64,000 bases of DNA from Pseudomonadota bacterium (GCA_039817645.1 JBCBVM010000004.1:45013-109012); one strand, 5' to 3'. Shown: positions 21,596 to 31,364, numbered from the stretch's first letter. Notes: generated by a model not told the origin, from the sequence alone. A program made the numbers and translations.

Positions 21596-22239
21596 CCCGT
21601 ATCACTGGCATCGTGTTCGACATGGACGGCCTGCTTTTGGACAGTGAGCGCCTTTACCTGGCTGCATTTCGCGACACCCAAGCCACGCTGGGCCTGCCAC
21701 CGGGCGATGACCTGTTCCGCCAAACCGTCGGCACGAACGAGGCCACTTGCCAGGGCATCCTGCAAACCGCCATGGGCCCGGCAGCCGACGCGTTCCACAG
21801 GCTGTGGCGGCAAAAGGCGGCAACCCTGCTATCGGCCCCCATTCCGCTGAAGCCTACGGTGGCCACATGCCTGCACCGTCTGTGCGCCGAGGGGATGCCC
21901 ATCGCTGTGGCCACCAGCACCCATCGCGCCACGGCGCGCGCGCGTCTCGACAACGCGGGCATTGGGGACCACCTGCCGACCCTGGTCGCCGGGGATCAGG
22001 TCACGCAAGGCAAACCCCACCCCGAGATCTTCCTGGCCGCCGCGCAACAACTGGGCCTTCCCCCAGAAGCCTGCGCCGCCTTTGAAGACAGCGCCAGTGG
22101 CGTCCGCGCCGCCGTGGCCGCTGGTATGGTGGTTACGCAAATCCCCGATATCGTGCCACCCACCGATACCCTGCGCGCGTTGGGTCACGCCGTGGCACCG
22201 GACCTGTTGACCGGACTGACCCGTCTCGGCGTGCTCTGA
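21592..22239 (+). CDS. HAD-superfamily hydrolase (beta-phosphoglucomutase-like subfamily IA)
   Basis: Intact motif I (IVFDMDGLLLDSE) and GKPHPEIF. ATG overlaps the tdk stop as ATGA. Confidence 0.8.
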   Translation: MTRITGIVFDMDGLLLDSERLYLAAFRDTQATLGLPPGDDLFRQTVGTNEATCQGILQTAMGPAADAFHRLWRQKAATLLSAPIPLKPTVATCLHRLCAEGMPIAVATSTHRATARARLDNAGIGDHLPTLVAGDQVTQGKPHPEIFLAAAQQLGLPPEACAAFEDSASGVRAAVAAGMVVTQIPDIVPPTDTLRALGHAVAPDLLTGLTRLGVL

Positions 22240-22248
22240 CGCCCGCCC

Positions 22249-23580
22249 TCAGGCCATAAGGTCGGCCAACAACCGCTCCGCCCGTTCAATGAGGCGGGGC
22301 AAATCCACCGTCACCACATGACCATTGCTGACAACCGTACGCCCTTCGACAAACAGGTCGCGCACCCGGCGTGGCCCGGCGAGCAGCAACGCCCCCGCAT
22401 CCCAGGTGCCAATACTGTCCAACCCGCGCATATCCCACACGGCCACATCCGCGCGGAACCCGGGCGCGATCTGCCCGATGTCGTCCCGCCCAAGCACCTG
22501 CGCCCCGCCCCGCGTCGCCACGCGCAGCGCCTCAAAGCCGGACATCGCATCGGCCCCATGCACAACCCGCTGCAACAACATGGCCTGCCGCGCCTCCGCC
22601 ACGAGGGAGGCCATGTCGTTTGACGCCGACCCATCCACGCCCAGACCGACAGGCACCTTCGCGTCCAGCATCTGCCGCAACGGCGCAATCCCCGACCCCA
22701 ACCGACAGTTTGAGTTCGGGCAATGCGCCACCCCAGTCTGGGTGCGCGCGAACAGGTCGATCTCTGCCCCGTCCAGCTTCACGCAGTGGGCGTGCCAGAC
22801 ATCCTCTCCGGTCCAGCCCAAATCCTGTGCGTATTGCCCGGGGCGACAGCCGAACGTTTCTTCGGAATAGTCGATATCCTCCACGTTCTCGGCCAGATGG
22901 GTATGCAGCCGTACCCCCTTTTCGCGGGCAAGATTGGCCGCATCCCGCATCAAGTACGGGCTGACCGAAAAAGGCGAACAGGGCGCCACCCCGACCCGGC
23001 ACATGGACCCGGGCGCGGCGTCATGGAACCGGTCGATCACGCGGATCGTGTCGTCCAAAATGGCGGATTCCACCTCCACCAGGCTGTCCGGGGGCAGGCC
23101 ACCCGCGCTTTCGCCGATGGACATGGCGCCCCGTGTGGGGTGGAATCGCACCCCCAATTGTGCGGCCGCATGGATCGTATCCTCAAGCCGGACGCCATTG
23201 GGATACAGATACAGGTGGTCCGAAGACGTGGAGCATCCCGACAACGCCAATTCCGCCAGGCCAAGCTGCGCCGACACGAACACATGGTCCGGTGTGAACC
23301 GCGCCCAAATCGGGTAAAGCGCCCGCAACCACCCGAACAATCGCGCGTCCTGCCCTTCTGGCACGGCGCGGGTTAGCGTCTGAAACAGATGGTGATGCGT
23401 GTTCACCAGGCCCGGGGTGACCAAACACCCCTCCGCCAGGACGACGTGTCCGTGGGGCGTCAGATCCGGCCCAAGGTCGCGGATCACCCCATCGATCAGC
23501 CGAATGTCCAGGCGCTGCGGCGCGAACGCCCCGTCTTGCATGGTCAGGACCATGCCCCCCTTGATCAGTGTCTCAGCCAC
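22249..23580 (-). CDS. amidohydrolase family protein (8-oxoguanine/cytosine deaminase-like)
   Basis: Metal-binding motifs VNTHHHLFQ and HTHLAENVED...HCPNSN...VDGSASND. Likely GTG start with GGAG 7 nt upstream. Confidence 0.8.
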   Translation of the reverse strand: MAETLIKGGMVLTMQDGAFAPQRLDIRLIDGVIRDLGPDLTPHGHVVLAEGCLVTPGLVNTHHHLFQTLTRAVPEGQDARLFGWLRALYPIWARFTPDHVFVSAQLGLAELALSGCSTSSDHLYLYPNGVRLEDTIHAAAQLGVRFHPTRGAMSIGESAGGLPPDSLVEVESAILDDTIRVIDRFHDAAPGSMCRVGVAPCSPFSVSPYLMRDAANLAREKGVRLHTHLAENVEDIDYSEETFGCRPGQYAQDLGWTGEDVWHAHCVKLDGAEIDLFARTQTGVAHCPNSNCRLGSGIAPLRQMLDAKVPVGLGVDGSASNDMASLVAEARQAMLLQRVVHGADAMSGFEALRVATRGGAQVLGRDDIGQIAPGFRADVAVWDMRGLDSIGTWDAGALLLAGPRRVRDLFVEGRTVVSNGHVVTVDLPRLIERAERLLADLMA

Positions 23581-24358
23581 TCAAAAGCTCCAGCGCGGCG
23601 GTGTGCAACGCCGGCGTGGCGGCGGCGATGGCAGTGCCGCCCCCATGGGCCGCCGCCCCGGACCAGTCGGTCAAGACGCCCCCTGCCGCCTGCACCACCG
23701 CAATGGGCGCGGCGATGTCATAGGGCTGCAACCCTGCCTCGATCACCAAATCCACATGGCCCGCCGCCAACAGGGCATAGCCATAGCAATCCATCCCGTA
23801 CCGCGTCAGGCGGCATTGCGCGGCCACCCGGTGAAACGCCGCGCCTTCCGCGGGCGTCCCCACCTCCGGGAAGGTCGTCAGGATCGTCGCTTCCGCCAGG
23901 GTTGCCGTCCGCCGCGTGGACAGAGGGCGCGACAACTCTCCACGGCTCCACAAGGCACCGCTGCCGTCACCCTCAAATCGTTCGCCGATGAACGGTTGGT
24001 CGATCAGGCCGTAAATCGGCCCCGTCCCATCCTGCAGCGCGATCAATACGCCCCAGGTTGGCGTGCCGGATATAAAGCCCCGTGTCCCGTCTATGGGGTC
24101 GAGCACCCAGGTCAGACCCGACGTGCCCGCGACCGCCGCCGCCTCCTCCCCCAGGATGCCATCATCGGGTCTCGCCTCGGCCAATATGGCGCGCATGGCT
24201 GCTTCTGCGTCTTGGTCGGCGATGGTTACGGGGTCGAACCCATCGGTCTTGCTCGTCACGTCGATGGGGGTTCGGAAATGCTGCAACGTCACACGGCGGG
24301 CCGCGTCGGCCATACGATAGGCGACTTGGCGCAACTCCGCTGAGATAGGCTGTCCCAT
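23573..24358 (-). CDS. inositol monophosphatase family protein (HisN-like histidinol-phosphatase)
   Basis: IMPase motifs EEAAA...WVLDPIDGTRGFISG and WGVLIAL. Internal ATG start with GGAGGG upstream. Overlaps the downstream amidohydrolase by 8 nt. Confidence 0.8.
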   Translation of the reverse strand: MGQPISAELRQVAYRMADAARRVTLQHFRTPIDVTSKTDGFDPVTIADQDAEAAMRAILAEARPDDGILGEEAAAVAGTSGLTWVLDPIDGTRGFISGTPTWGVLIALQDGTGPIYGLIDQPFIGERFEGDGSGALWSRGELSRPLSTRRTATLAEATILTTFPEVGTPAEGAAFHRVAAQCRLTRYGMDCYGYALLAAGHVDLVIEAGLQPYDIAAPIAVVQAAGGVLTDWSGAAAHGGGTAIAAATPALHTAALELLSG

Positions 24359-24826
24359 GGGCCCTCCGTCTTCATCCGGGGGTTGCATGGCCGCAATCGG
24401 CGCGTCAAGCGCTTTGGACGCGCCGCCCCCCGAGCCTTGCTGAAATGCGGGGATCGCCCGGCACCGACGGCCCGGGCTTTGTCGTGACCGCCCGTCCGAT
24501 AGGCCAAATGTGAACCCAAGACGGCGCGACGGGCGGTACAGGTATCTGACGGGTGGCCCAAGGGCATGGGTCCAGCGCCACCCGTCCCCCAAGCTGTGGC
24601 AAGATCCCCAGACGATTGGCGTCATCCGTGATCGTCAGGTCGCCCCGAACGACAAATGCCCCACCGTCGCATCCCCCTCGCACGCCAAATGCGCAAGCCG
24701 CAGATCAGACGACACGCAAATGCCTGTTCAAAGACCTATGGGTTTTTTCGTTGGTTAGTTGATGAACGACGGCAAATTCCCCATGCAAACACGCGGTAAA
24801 TGGCCGCCACGCTCCCGATCTTGCGT

Positions 24827-25177
24827 CTAAGCCACGTCCGTCGCCAGCGTCCGTGCCAACTCAAACAGGTGGCGGCGCTGTTTCTCGGGGATGGCATAAA
24901 ACGCCCGGAGCAGGTTCGCGGCCTCGCGATCCTCCAGCGGCAGGCCCGCGCCTTCGCTTTGGCCATAGCCGTCGAAGAAATGGCTGATGGGCACGTCCAA
25001 CGCCAACGCAATCTCCCAAAGTCGCGAAGCCGAGACGCGGTTCGCCCCGGTTTCGTATTTCTGGATCTGCTGGAACCGGATGCCCACCTGTTCCGCCAAT
25101 CCATGCTGTGTCACGCCCTTGATAAGCCGCGTTTGGCGGATGCGCTGGCCCACATGGGTGTCAATTGGGTGTGTCAT
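24827..25177 (-). CDS. XRE-family HTH transcriptional regulator
   Basis: HTH_3 segment IKGVTQHGLAEQVGIRFQQIQKYETGANRVSASRL. GGAGG SD. Divergent from the oxidoreductase gene. Confidence 0.75.
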   Translation of the reverse strand: MTHPIDTHVGQRIRQTRLIKGVTQHGLAEQVGIRFQQIQKYETGANRVSASRLWEIALALDVPISHFFDGYGQSEGAGLPLEDREAANLLRAFYAIPEKQRRHLFELARTLATDVA

Positions 25178-25284
25178 GCCCTAAACCTCCGACCCGAAAG
25201 GTGGGCCGATGGCCTGCCCCCGTCGAGAGGGCGCGACCATATGGACCAGCACAACAGCATCCCCAAACCCAAAGGCGCCCCCCG

Positions 25285-26244
25285 ATGAAGGCTTGGCGTG
25301 TGCAAGAAACCGGCACTGACCCCGTCTGGACGGACCTTCCCACACCGACCCCTGCCGAAGGGCAGGTCCTGCTGCGCATTCTGGCTTGCGGCCTGAACTT
25401 CGCGGACCTTCTGATGGTCAAGGGCGACTACCAGGATACGCCGCCCCCGCCCTTCACCCCGGGGCTAGAGGTTTGCGGCATCGTGGAAGCCATCGGCCCC
25501 GGCGTCACCACACCCGCCCGCGGCACCCGCGTCGCGGTCTTCGGGGGCCAGGGCGGCTTGGCTGAATACGGGTGTTTCCCCGCCGACCGCTGCGTCCCCC
25601 TGCCAGACACCATGCCCGCCGAAACCGCCGCGGGGTTCCTTGTCGCCTATTCCACCAGCCATGTGGCCCTCGCCCATCGCGCCCGCCTCGCACCGTCTGA
25701 GCGGTTGGTTGTCCTGGGCGCCGCGGGGGGCGTTGGCCTGACTGCGGTGGAACTGGGTGCGGCCATGGCGTCCGAGGTCGTGGCCGTCGCCCGCGGCCAA
25801 GCCAAGCTGGACATTGCAAAGGCCCACGGCGCCACCCACCTGATCGACGCCGAAGCGCCCGACCTGCGCGACCAGTTGCGTGCCCTGGGCGGGGCCGATG
25901 TGGTTTATGACGCCGTCGGTGGTGACTTGGCCCGCGCCGCCTTCCGTGCCACCAACCCCGGCGGGCGCTACCTCGTCATTGGCTTTGCAAGCGGTACGGT
26001 CCCCGACTTCCCCGCCAATCATCTGTTGGTCAAGAATATCGACCTGATCGGTCTTTATTGGGGGGGCTACCTGAAATTCGACACGAAAACGGTCACCGAC
26101 AGCATTGCGGCCCTGCTGACCATGTATGACGCGGGTCAAATTCGCCCCCATATCAGCCACACCTTGCCCTTGGCCCAGGCCGACGCGGCCCTCGCTCTTT
26201 TGCGAGAGCGAAAGTCTACGGGCAAAGTCGTCGTCGCTGGGTAA
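25285..26244 (+). CDS. NADPH:quinone oxidoreductase (zinc-type ADH superfamily)
   Basis: MKAWRV...LLRILACGLNFADLLMVKGDYQ and GAAGGVG; MDR/Qor family. Confidence 0.85.
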   Translation: MKAWRVQETGTDPVWTDLPTPTPAEGQVLLRILACGLNFADLLMVKGDYQDTPPPPFTPGLEVCGIVEAIGPGVTTPARGTRVAVFGGQGGLAEYGCFPADRCVPLPDTMPAETAAGFLVAYSTSHVALAHRARLAPSERLVVLGAAGGVGLTAVELGAAMASEVVAVARGQAKLDIAKAHGATHLIDAEAPDLRDQLRALGGADVVYDAVGGDLARAAFRATNPGGRYLVIGFASGTVPDFPANHLLVKNIDLIGLYWGGYLKFDTKTVTDSIAALLTMYDAGQIRPHISHTLPLAQADAALALLRERKSTGKVVVAG

Positions 26245-26251
26245 CCGGCCC

Positions 26252-27082
26252 ATGCCCCGTGGCCACCATATCCTGGCCCACGCCCTGCGGAGCGTGTGGG
26301 CAAGGCTGCCGCTCACGGGTCTGCTTCTGCTTGGGTTCACCACCGCAGATGTCGCCGCCTACGCCGTCTTAGACTGGCTGTCGGACGCGGGCTTCCTGGT
26401 GCATCTGCTGATCGGTATGCTGATGCTTGTGCCCATCGGCATCGTCGCCTCCATCTGGCACCGCACCGTGCTGCGCCCAGACCTGCCCCCGATGAATTTC
26501 AAGATCGCCCTGCGCTACACCGTGGCGTGGTTCGTTTTGGGCGTGATCCTGTTTCTGATGCTGTCGCCTTTTGCAGCAATCGCCTATGGCCTCTACTGGC
26601 TCCTCCTCCTGGCGGACCCGTACCTCTTAGATCCGATCCTGATGCAAATCCTGCTGGATTGGGGCGCGGGCGGTGGTGCCGTCTTGGCCGTCGCGACCAT
26701 TCCGTTCCTCTGGCTTCTATATCGCTGCGGCCTGGGGCTGCCCCATCTGGCGCTCGGCCAGGGTCCCATGGGCGTGCGCGACAGTCGGCACCGCACCAAA
26801 CCCTTGGCGCGCGCCTGCGCGGAACTGGCCGTCCTCGCGGGCCTCGCCCAATGGGCCCTGGTCTCCGCCACGGCTGCGGTCCCACTGCCCGACCCTTCAG
26901 ACGTACCACCTGGGGCCACGGATTGGCCCCTTCTGCTGTTCGAGGTCTCAGCCTCCGCCAACTACGGTGTGATCGTCATCGTGGGCGCGGCCCTCCTGAC
27001 GGAACTCTACCGTCGCAGCGATCCGACCTACTGCCCGACCACCGACAGCGCCGGCCGCCTGACACCCCCGACCGAGCCATAG
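26252..27082 (+). CDS. hypothetical multi-pass membrane protein
   Basis: Starts 8 nt after the oxidoreductase stop. Many hydrophobic helices. Its 3' end overlaps the convergent LysR gene by 55 nt, so the C-terminus is uncertain. Confidence 0.5.
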   Translation: MPRGHHILAHALRSVWARLPLTGLLLLGFTTADVAAYAVLDWLSDAGFLVHLLIGMLMLVPIGIVASIWHRTVLRPDLPPMNFKIALRYTVAWFVLGVILFLMLSPFAAIAYGLYWLLLLADPYLLDPILMQILLDWGAGGGAVLAVATIPFLWLLYRCGLGLPHLALGQGPMGVRDSRHRTKPLARACAELAVLAGLAQWALVSATAAVPLPDPSDVPPGATDWPLLLFEVSASANYGVIVIVGAALLTELYRRSDPTYCPTTDSAGRLTPPTEP

Positions 27083-27921
27083 GCCTGTCGCAAAAGCTGC
27101 ATCAGCAACGCCCGCGCCGGATCAAGGCTCACGGGCCGCGCATACATCGTGATGCTCAGATCCGCGATGTCCGGCAGGGTCCCCCCATGGGCGATGGGGT
27201 GCAAATCATGGCCGTCGAACCCTTCCATCACCGCGTGACAGGCCAGATCGGCGGCCACCGTGGCATCCACCGCGCGGCTGGACGTGGCCGTCATCGCCAT
27301 GGACCAGGGAATGCCCGCGCCGTCCAACGCAGCCTGCGCCGCTTGCCGAAAAATGCAGGCCTCCGCAAAGGCCAAGGGCAGCGGGCGGCTCCGCCACGCC
27401 TGCCCGTCCTGGGCCCCCACCCAGATTAAGGGCAGCCGCACCAATTCCTCGCCCCCGTCCCGCACCATGGGCTCCGTCGCGAGGTAGAGGTCACAACCGC
27501 CTTGGTCGTATAAATCCCGCAAGGCAGACGTCACGCTAGAGATCAGACTGATGCGAAGGCGCGGATACTCAGCGGCAAAGGCGCGCATCACTTCGGGGAT
27601 GCGGCGGGCAACAATATCATGGGGGACGCCCAGTCGGATCTCCCCCTCGACGGCGACATCCTTCATGCGGTCCAGCAGCTCATCATTGGTCACCAGCATC
27701 CGGCGCGCATAGCCCAGGGCCTTTTCCCCATCGGGGGTCAACACCATCCCGCGCCCGGTCCGGTCCAGCAGGGCGGTGTCCAGCGCGTCCTCTAACCTTT
27801 TGATCTGCATAGAAACCGCGGATTGCGTCAGGTTCAACTGCGCCGCCGCGCGCGTCACACCACCCGTTGCCGCCACCGTGGCAAACGCGCGCAGCGCGGT
27901 CAGATCAAGATTGCGAGCCAT
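27028..27921 (-). CDS. LysR-family transcriptional regulator
   Basis: LDLTALRAFATVAATGGVTRAAAQLNLTQSAVSMQIKRLEDAL HTH, followed by a LysR substrate-binding domain. Confidence 0.85.
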   Translation of the reverse strand: MARNLDLTALRAFATVAATGGVTRAAAQLNLTQSAVSMQIKRLEDALDTALLDRTGRGMVLTPDGEKALGYARRMLVTNDELLDRMKDVAVEGEIRLGVPHDIVARRIPEVMRAFAAEYPRLRISLISSVTSALRDLYDQGGCDLYLATEPMVRDGGEELVRLPLIWVGAQDGQAWRSRPLPLAFAEACIFRQAAQAALDGAGIPWSMAMTATSSRAVDATVAADLACHAVMEGFDGHDLHPIAHGGTLPDIADLSITMYARPVSLDPARALLMQLLRQAYGSVGGVRRPALSVVGQ

Positions 27922-27959
27922 GGCGTATCCTCCGTTTTCTCCAACCTACCGAAGGGTTT

Positions 27960-28010
27960 TCAGATCACAAAACGGAATGTTTTGATGCCCGTCATCAAAA
28001 ATCGTGATGG
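27960..28010. promoter_or_regulatory. AT-rich divergent promoter region with inverted repeats (candidate LysR-type operator)
   Basis: CACAAAAC-GGAAT-GTTTTG and CATCA-N7-TGATG inverted repeats between the divergent LysR and BI-1 genes. Confidence 0.3.
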
Positions 28011-28173
28011 CTGACCCATAGGAAAGCAGCGATAGGATCATAGTCAAAATCAATCGAAACCGAGTGTTTCACCAGAAATGGACGCTTGAAAAGAACGGGC
28101 CTGACCACGATATTCTTTTGCGAAGGGGTGTGCATGTGGCACGCCCCACATTCCACGTCTTTGGAGGAGTTCC

Positions 28174-28956
28174 ATGGCAGAATTCGACGCCTTGCGGACC
28201 GGGGCGGTTTCTGGCGCCCGCGCCGCGGAAATCGACGAGGGCCTTCGCGCCCACATGAACAAGGTCTACGGCACGATGTCCGTGGGTATGCTCATCACAT
28301 TCGCCGCCGCTTGGGCCATTTCCGGTCTTGCGGTCACATCCGACCCGGCATTCGCCACCGCACAGCTGCGGGAAGGCGTGTTCCTGACGGATCTGGGTTA
28401 TGCGCTCTACGCCTCGCCGCTTCGCTGGGTCATCATGTTCGCCCCGCTGATCTTCGTGTTCGGCTTCTCGGCGATGATCAACCGCATGTCGGCCGCCACG
28501 GCACAGGTCGTGTTCTACGCGTTCGCTGCCGTCATGGGCCTGTCGATCAGCTCGATCTTCCTGGTGTTCACCGGTGTGTCGATCATCCAGACGTTCCTAG
28601 TGACGTCCATCGCTTTCGCCGCGCTCAGCCTTTACGGCTACACGACGAAGAAGGACCTCAGCGCCATGGGCACGTTCCTGATCATGGGCGTTGTTGGCCT
28701 GATCATTGCGTCCATTGTGAACATCTTCCTGGCCTCCTCGGCCCTGGCCTTCGCGATCTCTGCGATTGGTGTTCTGATCTTCGCGGGTCTCACGGCCTAC
28801 GATACGCAATCGATCAAAAACGAGTATGTGGCCCACGCTGTCCATGGCGATCAGGAATGGTTGGGCAAGTCCGCAATCATGGGGGCGCTGCGCCTGTATC
28901 TGGACTTCATCAACATGTTCATGTTCCTGCTGCAGTTCCTCGGCAATCGCGAGTAA
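28174..28956 (+). CDS. Bax inhibitor-1/YccA family membrane protein
   Basis: MNKVYGTMSVGMLITFAAAW and seven hydrophobic segments. GGAGGAG SD. Confidence 0.85.
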   Translation: MAEFDALRTGAVSGARAAEIDEGLRAHMNKVYGTMSVGMLITFAAAWAISGLAVTSDPAFATAQLREGVFLTDLGYALYASPLRWVIMFAPLIFVFGFSAMINRMSAATAQVVFYAFAAVMGLSISSIFLVFTGVSIIQTFLVTSIAFAALSLYGYTTKKDLSAMGTFLIMGVVGLIIASIVNIFLASSALAFAISAIGVLIFAGLTAYDTQSIKNEYVAHAVHGDQEWLGKSAIMGALRLYLDFINMFMFLLQFLGNRE

Positions 28957-28981
28957 CGCTGGCACTGACCGCACGTTACAG

Positions 28982-29009
28982 GGCCGTCCCACATTGGGGC
29001 GGCCTTTTT
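28982..29009 (+). terminator. putative intrinsic terminator after the BI-1 gene
   Basis: GGCCGTCCC-ACATT-GGGGCGGCC hairpin followed by TTTTT. Confidence 0.45.
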
Positions 29010-29111
29010 GGTGTCTACAATGCTGGGAATACCCGTCGATCTGTCTGTACGAATTGTCCAGTTTGACACGTCAGCCCCGGCCCTACCTTCGCCCAAAGAG
29101 GGAGATTACCC

Positions 29112-29519
29112 ATGTCCGAGACCGCCCCCCGCCCCGGCCAAGTCGAAGCCCTGAACGTCGCGGGCGCCCCGCTTGAGCCGTGCTCCATGGACCCGGTCAC
29201 CGGCTTTTTCCGCGACGGCTGCTGCAACACCGGCCCCATGGACGCAGGTCAACACACTGTCTGTGCCGTTATGACGGCCGAGTTTCTGGCCCATTCCAAA
29301 TACATGGGCAACGATCTTAGCACGCCCCGACCCGAATACCGCTTTCCCGGCCTAACCCCCGGAGATCAGTGGTGTCTTTGCGCCGCGCGCTTCCTTCAGG
29401 CCCATGAAGAAGGCTTCGCCCCCAAAGTCAGGTTGGCAGCAACCCACCAGCGCGCCCTCGACGTGGTGCCCCTGGAAATCCTGCAAGCCCACGCCCTCGA
29501 CCGGTCGCTGCCGGAGTAA
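29112..29519 (+). CDS. DUF2237 family protein
   Basis: Cys-rich small protein (GFFRDGCCNTGPMD...CLCAARF). GAGGGAG SD. Confidence 0.6.
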   Translation: MSETAPRPGQVEALNVAGAPLEPCSMDPVTGFFRDGCCNTGPMDAGQHTVCAVMTAEFLAHSKYMGNDLSTPRPEYRFPGLTPGDQWCLCAARFLQAHEEGFAPKVRLAATHQRALDVVPLEILQAHALDRSLPE

Positions 29520-29612
29520 GGATTTCCGCAGCCGACCTGCAAAACAGTTGACCCAGAGACACCCGCTGGTCACCCTACGTCCAGATTTCATTGTGCAATT
29601 GGACTCGGCGCC

Positions 29613-31364
29613 ATGGCGCTTAAACTCGATGTCACATCTTCGGACCTAGAGGATGCCGACCTGTCTCGTCTGGTCGCCCTTTTGAACCGTGACATCAATG
29701 AAGCCAACGGGTTATCCGCCACGCGCCCCACACGCCCACCCCAACAAGGCGACCGCGCGGTGGAGCTTTTGCTGGACCCCACTCTCTGGATCGAACTGGG
29801 CCAATCCGCCGCCGTGACCGCCTTGGTGCAGACCCTCAAAGCCTATGTGGAGCGGGAGCCGAAAGCCACGTTCGAGATGCAGTGGGAGAATGGCGACGCC
29901 CTTTCGTTTAGCGCCACAAATTTTAGTGAAAACAAGGTCTTCGGCTTCCTCAACCGTTTGGTCCCTCACGGTCCGGCCGGGGCCGCGACGCCTTTCACCC
30001 CGCCCCAACCGGTGGCAGACGTCGCGCCTATCGCGCCCCCGCGCAATGGCTTAGCTACGGCCGAAGGTGGTCGCAAGGTCGCCATCGTCATCGGCGTGAA
30101 CCGCTTCGACGACCCAGAATTGGAGGATCTTGCCTTTGCCAAGAACGATGCCACCGCCCTCCACAACCTCCTCCAGGGGGAAACGGGGGAGCCGTTCGAT
30201 CAGGTCACGCTCATCACCGGCGGCAGCCACGCCGACGCCCTGACCACCATCGACGAGGTGGCCAACACCACCCGCCGCGATGACCTACTCATGGTGTACT
30301 ACGCGGGTCACGGTTTGGTGCGCAACCAACGGTTGCACCTGGCTTTTCCCGACACCCGCGCGACGCTCGTACAGTCCACCGCCATGAAATACGCCAATCT
30401 GCGCGACGTGGTTGAAGGCGCCCAGGCCCGGGCGCGGCTGGTCATCTTGGATTGCTGCTATGCCGGCGCCGTGGGCGAAGACGCGCCCCGCTCTGCCCTG
30501 GGTGAACAGATGCGGCAGGAGTTGGGATCCGCCAGTCGCACCCTGGTTTTGACATCGGCCACAAGTACCCAAGTGGCGCGAGAGGCGCCGGATTACGGCC
30601 ACGGCGTCTTTACCAAACACCTGCTTGACGGGTTGCGCGGTGAGGCGGACCGCGGCGGCGACGGCGAAGTGGATACGCGGGAATTGTTCGACTTCCTCGA
30701 AGACCGAATGCTGGCCGAAGACCTGCAAAAGCCGCAGAAGTTCAACTTCTCTGGCGTGCGCCCCGTGGCGTTGCGCAAGACGGGTCAGCATCCGCATAGG
30801 GAACGCGCGCGCGACTTGGCGCGCCAGGTCAGCGCGCTGTACCATGAGGAGGAGGCCCTCACCCGCGCGCAACGGGACAGCCTCTTTGCCCTTTTGGACA
30901 AGGACTTGACCCAGATGTCCCCATTGGAACGGGACCGGTTCCGCCTATTGGAAACGCATCTGGCCGGGGACTTTCGGGTTGGCCGGTTCTTCGACGCGTG
31001 GGAGGCCATGGCCGCAGGCCACCCCCCGCCGCGCACCCCCGCCAAAGCGCCGGGCCGAAACCGTCCCGAGACAGCGGGCGCATCGGAACGGTTCGGACGG
31101 ATGATTGGCAGGGCCGCAGGTGCCGCCACTGCCGCCGCGAAGCCCAAGGATAGCAAAGGCCACGGGCAGACGCGGACATCTGCAACGCAGGCGACGGGGG
31201 CCGTCACAAACGGCGGCACACGCACGGGGCCCTGGCACGCCGATACGCGGGTGAAGACCCGCCCCCGCCCAAGCCGCGTGCGCAAATTTCTGCGTCTCGT
31301 CCTCTATCTGGTGGGTTTGGGCATCATGGGGTTCCTTGCCCTTGTGGTCCTAAGCAATTTGTAA
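29613..31364 (+). CDS. caspase-like (peptidase C14) domain protein with unassigned N-terminal domain and C-terminal transmembrane tail
   Basis: Caspase His/Cys dyad contexts: LLMVYYAGHG and LVILDCCYAG. About 150-aa N-terminal domain of unknown family. C-terminal hydrophobic helix FLRLVLYLVGLGIMGFLALVVL. Confidence 0.8.
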   Translation: MALKLDVTSSDLEDADLSRLVALLNRDINEANGLSATRPTRPPQQGDRAVELLLDPTLWIELGQSAAVTALVQTLKAYVEREPKATFEMQWENGDALSFSATNFSENKVFGFLNRLVPHGPAGAATPFTPPQPVADVAPIAPPRNGLATAEGGRKVAIVIGVNRFDDPELEDLAFAKNDATALHNLLQGETGEPFDQVTLITGGSHADALTTIDEVANTTRRDDLLMVYYAGHGLVRNQRLHLAFPDTRATLVQSTAMKYANLRDVVEGAQARARLVILDCCYAGAVGEDAPRSALGEQMRQELGSASRTLVLTSATSTQVAREAPDYGHGVFTKHLLDGLRGEADRGGDGEVDTRELFDFLEDRMLAEDLQKPQKFNFSGVRPVALRKTGQHPHRERARDLARQVSALYHEEEALTRAQRDSLFALLDKDLTQMSPLERDRFRLLETHLAGDFRVGRFFDAWEAMAAGHPPPRTPAKAPGRNRPETAGASERFGRMIGRAAGAATAAAKPKDSKGHGQTRTSATQATGAVTNGGTRTGPWHADTRVKTRPRPSRVRKFLRLVLYLVGLGIMGFLALVVLSNL

